From a bacterium (GTDB taxonomy: Bacteria > Hinthialibacterota > Hinthialibacteria > Hinthialibacterales > Hinthialibacteraceae), in the NCBI GenBank assembly GCA_963662285.2, contig CAXXMV010000006.1, positions 608,001-672,000 on the forward strand: DNA of 64,000 bases, in the 5' to 3' direction. This document shows positions 50,948-59,779 of this stretch, in pieces. Every line of letters starts with the position of its first letter. Position 1 is the first letter of the stretch. Below the pieces are notes generated by a model. The model did not search any database. It saw nothing but the letters and a program-made list of their open reading frames with translations, and had not been told where the DNA came from. The position numbers and the translations under genes are program-made.

Positions 50948-51652
50948 ATGAAACAGAAACTTACTCCGGACGGTTCTATCGCTATCCTTATCCCTTGCTA
51001 TAACTGCGGCGACGCAGTTACTGATGTGGTTGATAAATGCAGGCAATATGCAGAGCGAATTCTAACCATTAATGATGGCAGTACGGATAATACGGCGGAA
51101 TGCCTCCAGCAATGCCAGACCGAGTCAATTGGCTGGCGCCATAATAGAGGAAAGGGCGCCGCTTTACGGGATGGATTCGCCCATTTAATACAACAAGATG
51201 ATTGTTCAGCCATCATAACCATCGATAGTGATGGTCAGCATGATCCATCGGATATCAGCCGGTTCGCGCAATTATTTGAGCAGTCAAAGGCCGATATCGT
51301 GGTTGGTTGGAGAAATTTTGATACGCCGGATATCCCCCTCATCCGTCGTTATTCCAATATCTACTCTTCCAGACTAATCGCCGCAATAACCGGCTGTGAT
51401 TTACGCGATTTGCAATGCGGTTACCGTTTGTTTTCTCGTTCCGCTTTGAAGCGCTTGCTTCCACTGATACATTCAGACCGTTACGCCGTTGAAACCGAGA
51501 TGATACTTATGGCGCATAAATTGGGCATGAAAATCGAAGAGACTCCTATTCAATGCATCTATACCGAAGAATCCAGCCAGCGTTCCTCATGGAAGCCATT
51601 GATAGACTCGTGGCATATCGCTAAAGTTGTGGCTCGTCATATTCAGATATAG
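50948..51652 (+). CDS. GT2-family glycosyltransferase (DPM synthase-like)
   Basis: LIPCYN, NDGSTD, NRGKG.A, DSDGQH, D.QCGYR. Confidence 0.9.
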   Translation: MKQKLTPDGSIAILIPCYNCGDAVTDVVDKCRQYAERILTINDGSTDNTAECLQQCQTESIGWRHNRGKGAALRDGFAHLIQQDDCSAIITIDSDGQHDPSDISRFAQLFEQSKADIVVGWRNFDTPDIPLIRRYSNIYSSRLIAAITGCDLRDLQCGYRLFSRSALKRLLPLIHSDRYAVETEMILMAHKLGMKIEETPIQCIYTEESSQRSSWKPLIDSWHIAKVVARHIQI

Positions 51653-51759
51653 TTATCTACATGTTGCTGTTCACTTGTTTCATGCAGTGAAAACGGATAA
51701 TTTCTTTGAGTTAGATTGAAATGTTAATTATTTAATGATATAAAAAGGAGACTTATAAA

Positions 51760-52164
51760 ATGAAAAGCGTTAGATTTTTACTGCCGCTGTTGATTATAGT
51801 TGGTCTGGTCGGCGCCATATCATTTGCCAGCGTTGATTTCAGCAAAGAACAACAGGGACTCTTAAAGCATGTGGTCTGCTTTAAGTTCAAAGAAGATGCC
51901 AAATCAGCTGAAATTGACAAAGTTGTTCAGGCGTTCAAAGACCTGCAACAGAAAATTCCTACCATCATCAATCTTGAATGCGGAACCAATGTCAGCCCGG
52001 AAAACTTAACCCGTGGCTTTACTCATTGCTTCATCCTGACTTTCAAAAGCGCTAAAGACCGTGATGCCTATCTGCTCTATCCCGCCCATAGAGCCTTTGG
52101 CGGCGTGCTTGGCCCGGTTATGGCCAAAGACGGCGTAATGGTTATCGATTTCTGGACAAAATAA
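51760..52164 (+). CDS. Dabb (stress-responsive A/B barrel) protein with signal peptide
   Basis: HVVCFKFK, GTNVSPE, GFTHCF.LTF, Y...PAH, DF. Confidence 0.85.
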   Translation: MKSVRFLLPLLIIVGLVGAISFASVDFSKEQQGLLKHVVCFKFKEDAKSAEIDKVVQAFKDLQQKIPTIINLECGTNVSPENLTRGFTHCFILTFKSAKDRDAYLLYPAHRAFGGVLGPVMAKDGVMVIDFWTK

Positions 52165-52240
52165 TTTATTATCCAAAGTATTGTATGTACAAATAAGATT
52201 TTATATTCATGAAATTTTGGAAATGAGGAGATTTGGAATT

Positions 52241-54994
52241 ATGAAATTACAAAAACGTTATGGAGCGATTTTTCTATCGATTGCCGCAACTATTTTATTG
52301 TCATCAACGGCTTATTGCGGCTCGATTCCACTTCCAGAACATCCACGGCCCGATTTTGTCCGGTCTCAGTGGATCAATCTTAATGGCGTGTGGAAATTTG
52401 AATTCGACGCTAAAGACCGGGGAATCACTGAAGAGTGGTTCAATAAAACCGCTTACACCAAAGAGATTACCGTCCCTTTCCCCTGGGGATCAAAATTATC
52501 CGGCGTCGAAGATGAAGCCGATATCGGTTGGTATACCCGCAAGATATGCATTCCAGAATCATGGAAAGATAACCGGGTTTTCTTGGTCATCGGCGCTTGC
52601 GACTGGCGCACGAGCATCTGGCTGGACGGCGTCAAAATCGGCGAACATCAAGGCGGTTATCTTCCCTTTGAGTTTGAACTGACCAGTCATATCAAGGTCG
52701 GACAGGATCATCAACTGGTGGTTCGCGCTGATGACGTACGGCGTCAGTTTACCCTATACGGCAAACAGGGTTATGGTAACGCCCGCGGCATCTGGCAAAC
52801 CCCATACCTAGAAGCCCGTGGAACCGCTGTGTTGCGCAAAGTTCATTTTTATCCGGATATCGATAATCAAAAGGTTATTGTCAAAGCAGCACTACTCGAA
52901 GCGGCGCCCGGTGATGTAGCGCTGAATATCGATTTTAAGCAGGATGGATTAGCAAAATCAACTCAGACAATTAAAAAGGGAGCGCAGGAGATAGAGTTCG
53001 AAATCCCTATCGTTAAACCCCGCCTCTGGACTTTGGATGATCCATTCTTGTATGAAGTGAGCGTCTCCGTCGAAGGCGATTCATTGATCAAAGATACAGT
53101 AGACGCCTATTTCGGCATGAGAAAAATAAGCGTCGTTAATCTGCCGGGTACTGAATTTCCCTATATCGCGTTAAATAACAAACCGGTTTATATGCAATTA
53201 ACCTTGGATCAGGCCTACCATCCTGATGGTTACTATACCTTCCCCAGCGACGAATTTATGCGCGATGAAATTTTGCGCAGCAAGAGCATCGGTCTCAACG
53301 GAATGCGGGTTCACGTCAAGGTTCCTCTTCCCCGCAAGTTATATTGGGCAGATAAATTGGGCATGTTGATCATGGAAGACCTGCCTAATAGTTGGGGCGC
53401 CCCTGACGAAGATATGCGCCAGGAAGTCGAAACCTCTTTGCCGCAGATGATCGCACGCGATTTCAATCATCCGGCAGTCTTCTCATGGATCATCTTCAAT
53501 GAAACCTGGGGGCTTAAGACCGGGAATAAATATCTTCCCGAAACCCAGCAATGGGTTGTATCAATGTTAAAGAAGGCTAAATCGTTGGATCCAACCCGCC
53601 TGGTTGAAGATAACTCTCCCTGCCTCAATGACCATACCGTCACCGATATCAATACCTGGCATGCCTATAAAGCCGGTTATGAATGGAAGGGGATTTTGGA
53701 TGAGTATTGCGCCAAAACTTTCGAAGGTTCTGAGTGGAATTACGCAAAAGGTTATAAGCAGAACAAGGAACCAATGTTTAATAGCGAGTGCGGCAATGTC
53801 TGGGGTTATGAAGGCAGCACCGGCGATGTTGATTGGAGTTGGGATTACCATCAGATGATGGATCAATTCCGCCGTCATCCCCAATGCAGCGGCTGGCTCT
53901 ATACCGAGCATCATGACGTAATCAATGAATGGAACGGCTACTGGCGTTTTGACCGTTCGGAAAAATTCACCGGATTTGATGAACTGGTTCCGGGCATGAC
54001 TTTACAGGATTTACATTCTCCAGTTTACCTTGCGCTGGCTGACGAATTGTGCAGTACTGTTAAAGCCGGAGAGCGCATCAGCGTTCCCGCTTATCTGTCA
54101 ATTTTCACTGATTCATTCGAGCCGCAGGATTTCACTCTCGAATGGGAGCTGGTTGGTTGGGATGAATTCGGCGGTTTGCATAAACTGGATAAATCATCCA
54201 GAGCCATTGCGGCTGCTCCCTGGATGAACCGGGAACTTGAACCAATCATGGTTACCATGCCTGAGTTCGAATTTCTTACTGTTCTGCGCACCTGTGTCAA
54301 AGATAAAACCGGACAGGTATTGCACCGCAACTTCACTACATTCATGGTTGAAAGCGGCAAAGAATACTGGCATAAAGTCACCATTGATCCATCAAGTTTT
54401 TCTGATGCCAAGTGGTCTCTCAAACAATGGAACGTGCTTGACGGCTTAAAGGTTAATGGCGCCGGCGCCGGATATTTTGAATACAAAATCCCTTGGCCGG
54501 AGAAGATAAATTTGGATGATTATGCTTCCGCCTCGCTTCGTCTTGAAGCATCGGCCAAGCAACTATTCGGCAAGGACAAAGAAGGCCAAAAGAAGGATAC
54601 TAGTGATTACATGACTGGTGGTGGATTGCATGATCCAAGCCAGAACAAGAATTCCTATCCCATGACTGATGAATACGAAACTCCATCTATGGTGAAAATT
54701 ACAGTCGACGGTCAGTCAGTCGGTTCATTCTATCTGAATGATGATCCCGCCGATCATCGCGGCGTCCTATCGTGGAATTCACAAAAACGCGATAAACGGC
54801 TACGCGAAGCCGGATCTTATGGTTATTTGATAAACGCAACTATACCCCAAGATGTATTGCAAAAAGCCTTTAAGAAGAAAGAGATCGTGATTCGTCTTGA
54901 GGTTAGCGAATCTCTAGCGGGCGGCCTAGCCATTTATGGTAAAAGTTTTGGACGCTATCCACTCGACCCGACTCTGGTCTTTAATAAGAAATAG
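52241..54994 (+). CDS. Glycoside hydrolase family 2
   Basis: PEHPRPDF, LNGVW.F, HQGGY.PF, GIWQ, W....P.LY, RDFNHP, NE acid/base, SECG nucleophile; start MKLQKR. Confidence 0.9.
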   Translation: MKLQKRYGAIFLSIAATILLSSTAYCGSIPLPEHPRPDFVRSQWINLNGVWKFEFDAKDRGITEEWFNKTAYTKEITVPFPWGSKLSGVEDEADIGWYTRKICIPESWKDNRVFLVIGACDWRTSIWLDGVKIGEHQGGYLPFEFELTSHIKVGQDHQLVVRADDVRRQFTLYGKQGYGNARGIWQTPYLEARGTAVLRKVHFYPDIDNQKVIVKAALLEAAPGDVALNIDFKQDGLAKSTQTIKKGAQEIEFEIPIVKPRLWTLDDPFLYEVSVSVEGDSLIKDTVDAYFGMRKISVVNLPGTEFPYIALNNKPVYMQLTLDQAYHPDGYYTFPSDEFMRDEILRSKSIGLNGMRVHVKVPLPRKLYWADKLGMLIMEDLPNSWGAPDEDMRQEVETSLPQMIARDFNHPAVFSWIIFNETWGLKTGNKYLPETQQWVVSMLKKAKSLDPTRLVEDNSPCLNDHTVTDINTWHAYKAGYEWKGILDEYCAKTFEGSEWNYAKGYKQNKEPMFNSECGNVWGYEGSTGDVDWSWDYHQMMDQFRRHPQCSGWLYTEHHDVINEWNGYWRFDRSEKFTGFDELVPGMTLQDLHSPVYLALADELCSTVKAGERISVPAYLSIFTDSFEPQDFTLEWELVGWDEFGGLHKLDKSSRAIAAAPWMNRELEPIMVTMPEFEFLTVLRTCVKDKTGQVLHRNFTTFMVESGKEYWHKVTIDPSSFSDAKWSLKQWNVLDGLKVNGAGAGYFEYKIPWPEKINLDDYASASLRLEASAKQLFGKDKEGQKKDTSDYMTGGGLHDPSQNKNSYPMTDEYETPSMVKITVDGQSVGSFYLNDDPADHRGVLSWNSQKRDKRLREAGSYGYLINATIPQDVLQKAFKKKEIVIRLEVSESLAGGLAIYGKSFGRYPLDPTLVFNKK

Positions 54995-55028
54995 TAGATA
55001 GTTTCAATAATCTATATGACTTTAACAT

Positions 55029-55061
55029 CACGACCCTCGCTTAATAAGCGGGGGTCGTGTT
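55029..55061 (+). terminator. Probable terminator
   Basis: CACGACCCTCGCTT-AAT-AAGCGGGGGTCGTG stem, short T tail. Confidence 0.55.
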
Positions 55062-55174
55062 AGTCTATGGGTGTTTTTAAGATATTGTTGAACAGGGCGT
55101 AGGATGGATATGATTTACTGCAATGTTTTTAACTTACTTAAAACTACGTTAAATACCTGACATTGAAAATAAAT

Positions 55175-55462
55175 AAAAGTCATCTAATTTGTTATAATAG
55201 GTGGCTTAATCAAGGGCTGGACACAATGCAGTTTTGCCCTTGGCGCCCGGCGGTTAGATTATGATTATAACATCAATTGAAAAATCCAAGGTTTTGAAAA
55301 CAACCCCCTAACCTCCCCCAGGCTTGGGGGAGGGATCCAACGCTTCAATCTCAGCGCATAGGGTGGGCTAAAAGCGATAGCGGGCGCCAAGGGTAGTGTA
55401 TTTTCTACCCTTGAAAACCACCGACGATTAAACCATAACCAAACGGATGGTGGGCTAAAAGC
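55175..55462. repeat. Mosaic of REP families A, B and C (BIME-like)
   Basis: A long variant (-) 55210-55248, C-like hairpin CCTCCCCCAGGCTTGGGGGAGG ~55312-55333, B half 55358-81, A (+) 55382-55414, B half 55449-62. Confidence 0.75.
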
Positions 55463-55523
55463 AAAACCAAGAATCATTGCTGCAAAGGATAAAAGTAACT
55501 TGAACGATCTAAAGTCTCAAAAC

Positions 55524-56939
55524 ATGGAACCTAATCAAACCACTCCCGCCCGTATTCTGGTTATTGATGATGAAGGCGTAGTCTGTCTCAGCTGCACCAG
55601 AATACTTACTCAAGATGGATATAATATCAAAACCATCCAGAATCCCCGGCTTGGATTAGAAGAAGCCCTGACCGAATCTTATGATGTGATCTTATTGGAT
55701 ATCGTCATGCAGGATATCGACGGCCTGGAGATTCTTAAACAGATCAAACAATCCGGCGCCTTTTCTGAGATTGTCATGATGACCGGATACTCAACCGTAG
55801 AGACCGCCGTGCAGGCCATGAAACTGGGCGCCGCCGATTATATCAGTAAACCTTTCACCCCCGACGAAATGCGGATCGTCGTCAAACGGGTATTAGAACG
55901 CTCGGCTTTGATCCAGGAAAACATCGCCCTACGGAAACGACTCGAAGAACGCAGCGGTTTTGAGGGAATGCTTGGTGAGAGCAAAGCCATGGAAAAAATC
56001 TACTCCATGATCCAACGGGTAGCCCATACCGACGGTACGGTTCTCATTACAGGTGAAAGCGGTACAGGTAAAGAACTTGCGGCCCGCGCCATACATAAAC
56101 TGAGTCCCCGCTGCAATGAAGCCTTTATCCCCTGTGATTGCAGCACCTTAACCCCATCGCTGCTCGAAAGTGAACTCTTCGGACACGTCAAAGGTTCATT
56201 CTCCGGCGCTGTATCAACCAAAAAAGGCCTATTCGAAGCAGCCCATAAGGGAACCCTGTTTCTGGATGAACTATCTAACATCAGCCTCGAAACTCAGGGC
56301 AAACTGTTGCGCGTGTTGGAGACTCATAAAGTCAAGAAAGTGGGCGACGCATCTGAAACCGATGTCGATATTCGCCTGATTGGCGCCACCAACCGCGACC
56401 TCAATGAGATGATCGAAAACAAGGAATTCCGCGAAGACCTCTTCTACCGCATCAACGTTGTACCAATATACATGCCGCCCCTCCGTGAACGCAAAGGCGA
56501 TATCCTTCTGTTGATGATGTACTTTCTGGAGCGGTTCAAAAAGCATAATCCTATTGAAATACAGGGATTCAGCCAAGAGGCCATCCTTCTGATGGAGTCC
56601 TACAAATGGCAGGGTAATGTACGCGAACTCAAAAACATCGTCGAACGCCTGGCCATTTTATGCAACTCAGACCGCATTACTCCCGCAGACCTGCCGCCCG
56701 AAATCCGCAACAATCAAACTATCAAGACGCCGTCATCCATCCCCCAGAAATGGGAAGATTTCAAAGAATATAAGAAACAGGCGCGAGACGCCGCCGTGCA
56801 GGAAATAGAACGCAGTTTCATACTCCAATCGCTCGAACGGAACGATTATAACGTCACCAAAACTGCTGAAGACGTCGGTATGCAACGAACCCAGCTTCAT
56901 GCCCTGGTTTCCAAATATGGATTACAGGACAAAAACTGA
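55524..56939 (+). CDS. NtrC-family sigma54-dependent response regulator (REC-AAA+-HTH)
   Basis: REC; GESGTGKE, ESELFGHVKGSFSGA, GTLFLDE, FREDLFYR, WQGNVREL; Fis-type HTH; start 55500 or 55524. Confidence 0.93.
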   Translation: MEPNQTTPARILVIDDEGVVCLSCTRILTQDGYNIKTIQNPRLGLEEALTESYDVILLDIVMQDIDGLEILKQIKQSGAFSEIVMMTGYSTVETAVQAMKLGAADYISKPFTPDEMRIVVKRVLERSALIQENIALRKRLEERSGFEGMLGESKAMEKIYSMIQRVAHTDGTVLITGESGTGKELAARAIHKLSPRCNEAFIPCDCSTLTPSLLESELFGHVKGSFSGAVSTKKGLFEAAHKGTLFLDELSNISLETQGKLLRVLETHKVKKVGDASETDVDIRLIGATNRDLNEMIENKEFREDLFYRINVVPIYMPPLRERKGDILLLMMYFLERFKKHNPIEIQGFSQEAILLMESYKWQGNVRELKNIVERLAILCNSDRITPADLPPEIRNNQTIKTPSSIPQKWEDFKEYKKQARDAAVQEIERSFILQSLERNDYNVTKTAEDVGMQRTQLHALVSKYGLQDKN

Positions 56940-56959
56940 TTCAGTAGGTAGTGGGGAGT

Positions 56960-57176
56960 GGGGAGCATCGGCTTCTAGCCGGTGCATCAATCCCTTCCTA
57001 ACCGGATTGTTTCTATTGATGTATAACTTTTAATGCTATGAATTATTGTTGGGATCGAATGATATCCAAGGTTTGAAATTTCCAATGGCGTCATGAGGAT
57101 TTTGCATGTGAGGAAGGTATCTTGGCACAAAGGGCTTTGACCGGGGACACATACCGGCTAGAAGCCGATGCTCCCC
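56960..57176. repeat. REPIN/MITE-like element with perfect 24-bp inverted repeat (family D)
   Basis: GGGGAGCATCGGCTTCTAGCCGGT (56960-83) / ACCGGCTAGAAGCCGATGCTCCCC (57153-76). Confidence 0.8.
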
Positions 57177-57215
57177 TTTCTGTCTTTTGGATAATCTCTA
57201 CCTCGCCTTCCTTAC

Positions 57216-57238
57216 AGTGTAAGATTCCTTCATACACT
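57216..57238. promoter_or_regulatory. Candidate upstream activator site for the bEBP
   Basis: AGTGTA-N11-TACACT dyad about 165-185 bp upstream of the -24 box. Confidence 0.4.
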
Positions 57239-57401
57239 TATTCATGGTTTTCCAGCCCGAAACGCTCCAGCATTTAACATCGTTTAACTGACTGCATCTC
57301 TATCTCAACAATATTTTTCATCCAATAAGTCATTACAAATCTTGCTCTTACATATCAACGAATCCATAAATCTCCACTACATCCAACCTGATTTTCCGTT
57401 G

Positions 57402-57418
57402 TTGGCACGATAGATGCA
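57402..57418 (+). promoter_or_regulatory. sigma54 (-24/-12) promoter
   Basis: TTGGCACGATAGATGCA, exact GG-N10-GC spacing, about 75 bp upstream of the next ATG and next to a bEBP gene. Confidence 0.75.
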
Positions 57419-57493
57419 ATTACTGATTGATGTATCAAACATACAAGATGCGCACTCAGTAAAAGACAGGCATCATCTTAAGGAGAGAATATC

Positions 57494-59194
57494 ATGATGA
57501 CGGAACGCAAACTGCTTGTTGTAGATGACGAACCTATTGTCGGACAAAGTTGCAAGCGGATTTTCAACCGGGCTGGTTATCAGGTTGAAGCATGCACTGA
57601 TTCCCGTGAAGGTCTAAACCGGGTAATCGAACAAAACAACTATTCTCTCATTCTGGTGGACATGAAAATGCCTGGTATGGACGGGCTTGAATTCATCACT
57701 GAATTACGTAAAACGCATCCCGATTTACCGGTAATGATTATCACCGGATACGCCAGCGTTCCCTCGGCTACAGCAGCCATGAGACTGGGCGCGTCCGATT
57801 ACCTTCCCAAGCCATTTACGCCCGACGAAATCATTAAAGCCGTCGAACGAATCTTCGCGGAGGAAGATGAGAAAAAACCTGTTATCAAGACTGAAGTCAA
57901 GGCTCTTGCTCCAGCCATTGATCAACAAACAGCTTTGTCTTTATTTGCTTCAATGCAGCATAAAGAAGAGTATAAGCCGCGCGAAAGTGAATTCCATTTT
58001 CATGATGAAGCCTGGCTGCAATTGGAATCGACTGATGATGAAACAAAGGCAGCTACGGTTCGCGTCGGTTCACTGATCGCCGGGTTGGAAAAAGGCGGCA
58101 ATATCAAGGTTCAGCTGCCTAAAAAAGATGACAAAGTTTTCCGGGGGCTGCCCTTGGCCTCATTCACCATGCAAAACGGACTGACATATTCCATTCCGTC
58201 GCCCGTAACGGGAGTCATTCAGCAGGTTAATCCCGATCTGGTCGAGAATCCCCAACTGGCGGCTGACGATCCTTGTGGAGAGGGATGGATTGCCTCGGTT
58301 CTGCCAGACAACCTTACTGAAGAACTCCAGTCATTGAGCAATCGCACTGTTCTTCTGGCCACTAACTGTGAAGCAAACTGGACGCAAACCAAAACCCGCA
58401 TCAACGATCTGGGTTGCAACATCAGAGTGGTCGATTCATATATGGATATCCAAAGGACGCTGGATAAAGAAAATATCCACATGCTGCTGTTCGATGCCAG
58501 CGCGTTCGGCATCAGCGGCCCCAGGCTGATCAGGATCATCAACCAGATGCATCCAGACGTTAAAATCGCCGTGGCCGAAGACAAAGATAACGCCCAGGAA
58601 AAAGCATACCGCTTAAACAAGGTGCTCTATTATTCCGGAGAGAAATTCGACAATCAGGAAATCAGCGAGATTCTTTATTCGGCTTTTCGTCCGGTCAAAC
58701 GTTCAACAAGCGTTGACAGGTCTTCTTCAGACCTGCCCCAGTGGATCAGCCGCTTTCAGATCAAAGACAGCCAAGGTCAAACCGTCACTTTTCTGGCGCC
58801 TGATGAAAAATTAGCCCGCAACAAAGGCTTGGGCTGGATGATGGCTCAAACCCTGCTGCGCACCGGATATCCATTGCAAACCGACTTGACGGCGCGTCCG
58901 GGATCATTCGACGATGTCTTAAAAGCCATCAAGGAGAGCGACAGCGTCTTTATCCTGAAATCGGTTGACGCAAAACGCATCCCCGGAACTTTGGTCAAAA
59001 AGGAAATCAGCGAACCCACCGGAATTATGATCGAAGCGGGTAAAAAAGTAGTGACCTATTTCGTGCAACCCGGCGAGGCTTCTGATAGCGCATTATCCTT
59101 CGAGCCGCATGTCGGCAACGCGCTTTCGCAGTTCCTGGTTTACGAAATGATTTCAGCGCTGAAAAAGAATAATGGACATTATACAAGGCATTAA
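57494..59194 (+). CDS. Receiver + GcvH-like + degenerate receiver multidomain protein
   Basis: REC (VDDE, VDMKMP, TGY, KP); GcvH-like W...VRVG...LP...SPVTGVIQQVN..L..NP.L...DP.GEGWI; RBS AAGGAG. Confidence 0.8.
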   Translation: MMTERKLLVVDDEPIVGQSCKRIFNRAGYQVEACTDSREGLNRVIEQNNYSLILVDMKMPGMDGLEFITELRKTHPDLPVMIITGYASVPSATAAMRLGASDYLPKPFTPDEIIKAVERIFAEEDEKKPVIKTEVKALAPAIDQQTALSLFASMQHKEEYKPRESEFHFHDEAWLQLESTDDETKAATVRVGSLIAGLEKGGNIKVQLPKKDDKVFRGLPLASFTMQNGLTYSIPSPVTGVIQQVNPDLVENPQLAADDPCGEGWIASVLPDNLTEELQSLSNRTVLLATNCEANWTQTKTRINDLGCNIRVVDSYMDIQRTLDKENIHMLLFDASAFGISGPRLIRIINQMHPDVKIAVAEDKDNAQEKAYRLNKVLYYSGEKFDNQEISEILYSAFRPVKRSTSVDRSSSDLPQWISRFQIKDSQGQTVTFLAPDEKLARNKGLGWMMAQTLLRTGYPLQTDLTARPGSFDDVLKAIKESDSVFILKSVDAKRIPGTLVKKEISEPTGIMIEAGKKVVTYFVQPGEASDSALSFEPHVGNALSQFLVYEMISALKKNNGHYTRH

Positions 59195-59260
59195 GTAATA
59201 AATCGGTATCAATCGCCCCCTGCGGCGCATATCCGAAATCTGATCAAAAAGAGGCGCATT

Positions 59261-59572
59261 ATGAGTATGAACGTTTACTACAACTGCGGTATCTGCGGAC
59301 TGTTTGAAGATACCGGCTTCTGGTCTTTCATCAAAGAAAATTACGACGACGCAGAAGTTATATTCGAAGAAGTGGTCGACATGGCCACCCGGTGCAGTAA
59401 AGACCGCCGCTGTCTGGCAAGACGCTTGAAAATGCTGGAAGAAATCTATAACTCCGAAGGCAAACAAGCAAAACAATTAGAAACCCATCGACGCCTGCGG
59501 CAATTACTCGACCAGTATCCATTCGAAATTGAATCTGATCTGAATGAAATAGTTGAATCAATGAAAAATTAA
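59261..59572 (+). CDS. Small hypothetical protein with Cys motifs
   Basis: RBS GAGG; CGIC and C.....C; followed by a terminator. Confidence 0.6.
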   Translation: MSMNVYYNCGICGLFEDTGFWSFIKENYDDAEVIFEEVVDMATRCSKDRRCLARRLKMLEEIYNSEGKQAKQLETHRRLRQLLDQYPFEIESDLNEIVESMKN

Positions 59573-59612
59573 AAAGGACTCATACATCCTTCTGAACACA
59601 TATCGAACACTC

Positions 59613-59648
59613 GCGCTCAGGATTCGCTCCCTGAGCGCACTTTTTTTT
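59613..59648 (+). terminator. Intrinsic terminator
   Basis: GCGCTCAGG...CCTGAGCGC then T8. Confidence 0.8.
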
Positions 59649-59779
59649 GTTTGCGTATATGCACAGTTAATTCAAAACCGATGGGATGCGCTGGCGCTTT
59701 GTCCCATCACACTTCGCTTTGGTGGGTCGGAAAAGCGCGACCCACCCTACTCATTTTTCCATCCCGCTCAGCTGGATGT

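Noticed and set aside
37877-55414. Family A 33-39-bp palindromic repeats as a CRISPR array
   Set aside because: Copies are dispersed or in inverted pairs, not regularly spaced direct repeats, and no cas genes are present.
57121-57138. Second sigma54 promoter TTGGCACAAAGGGCTT
   Set aside because: GG-to-GC spacing is 8 rather than 10 nt, and it lies inside the inverted-repeat element.
57494-59194. Genuine glycine cleavage H protein (gcvH)
   Set aside because: Lipoyl Lys is absent, the domain is fused to receivers, and no gcvT/P genes are nearby.
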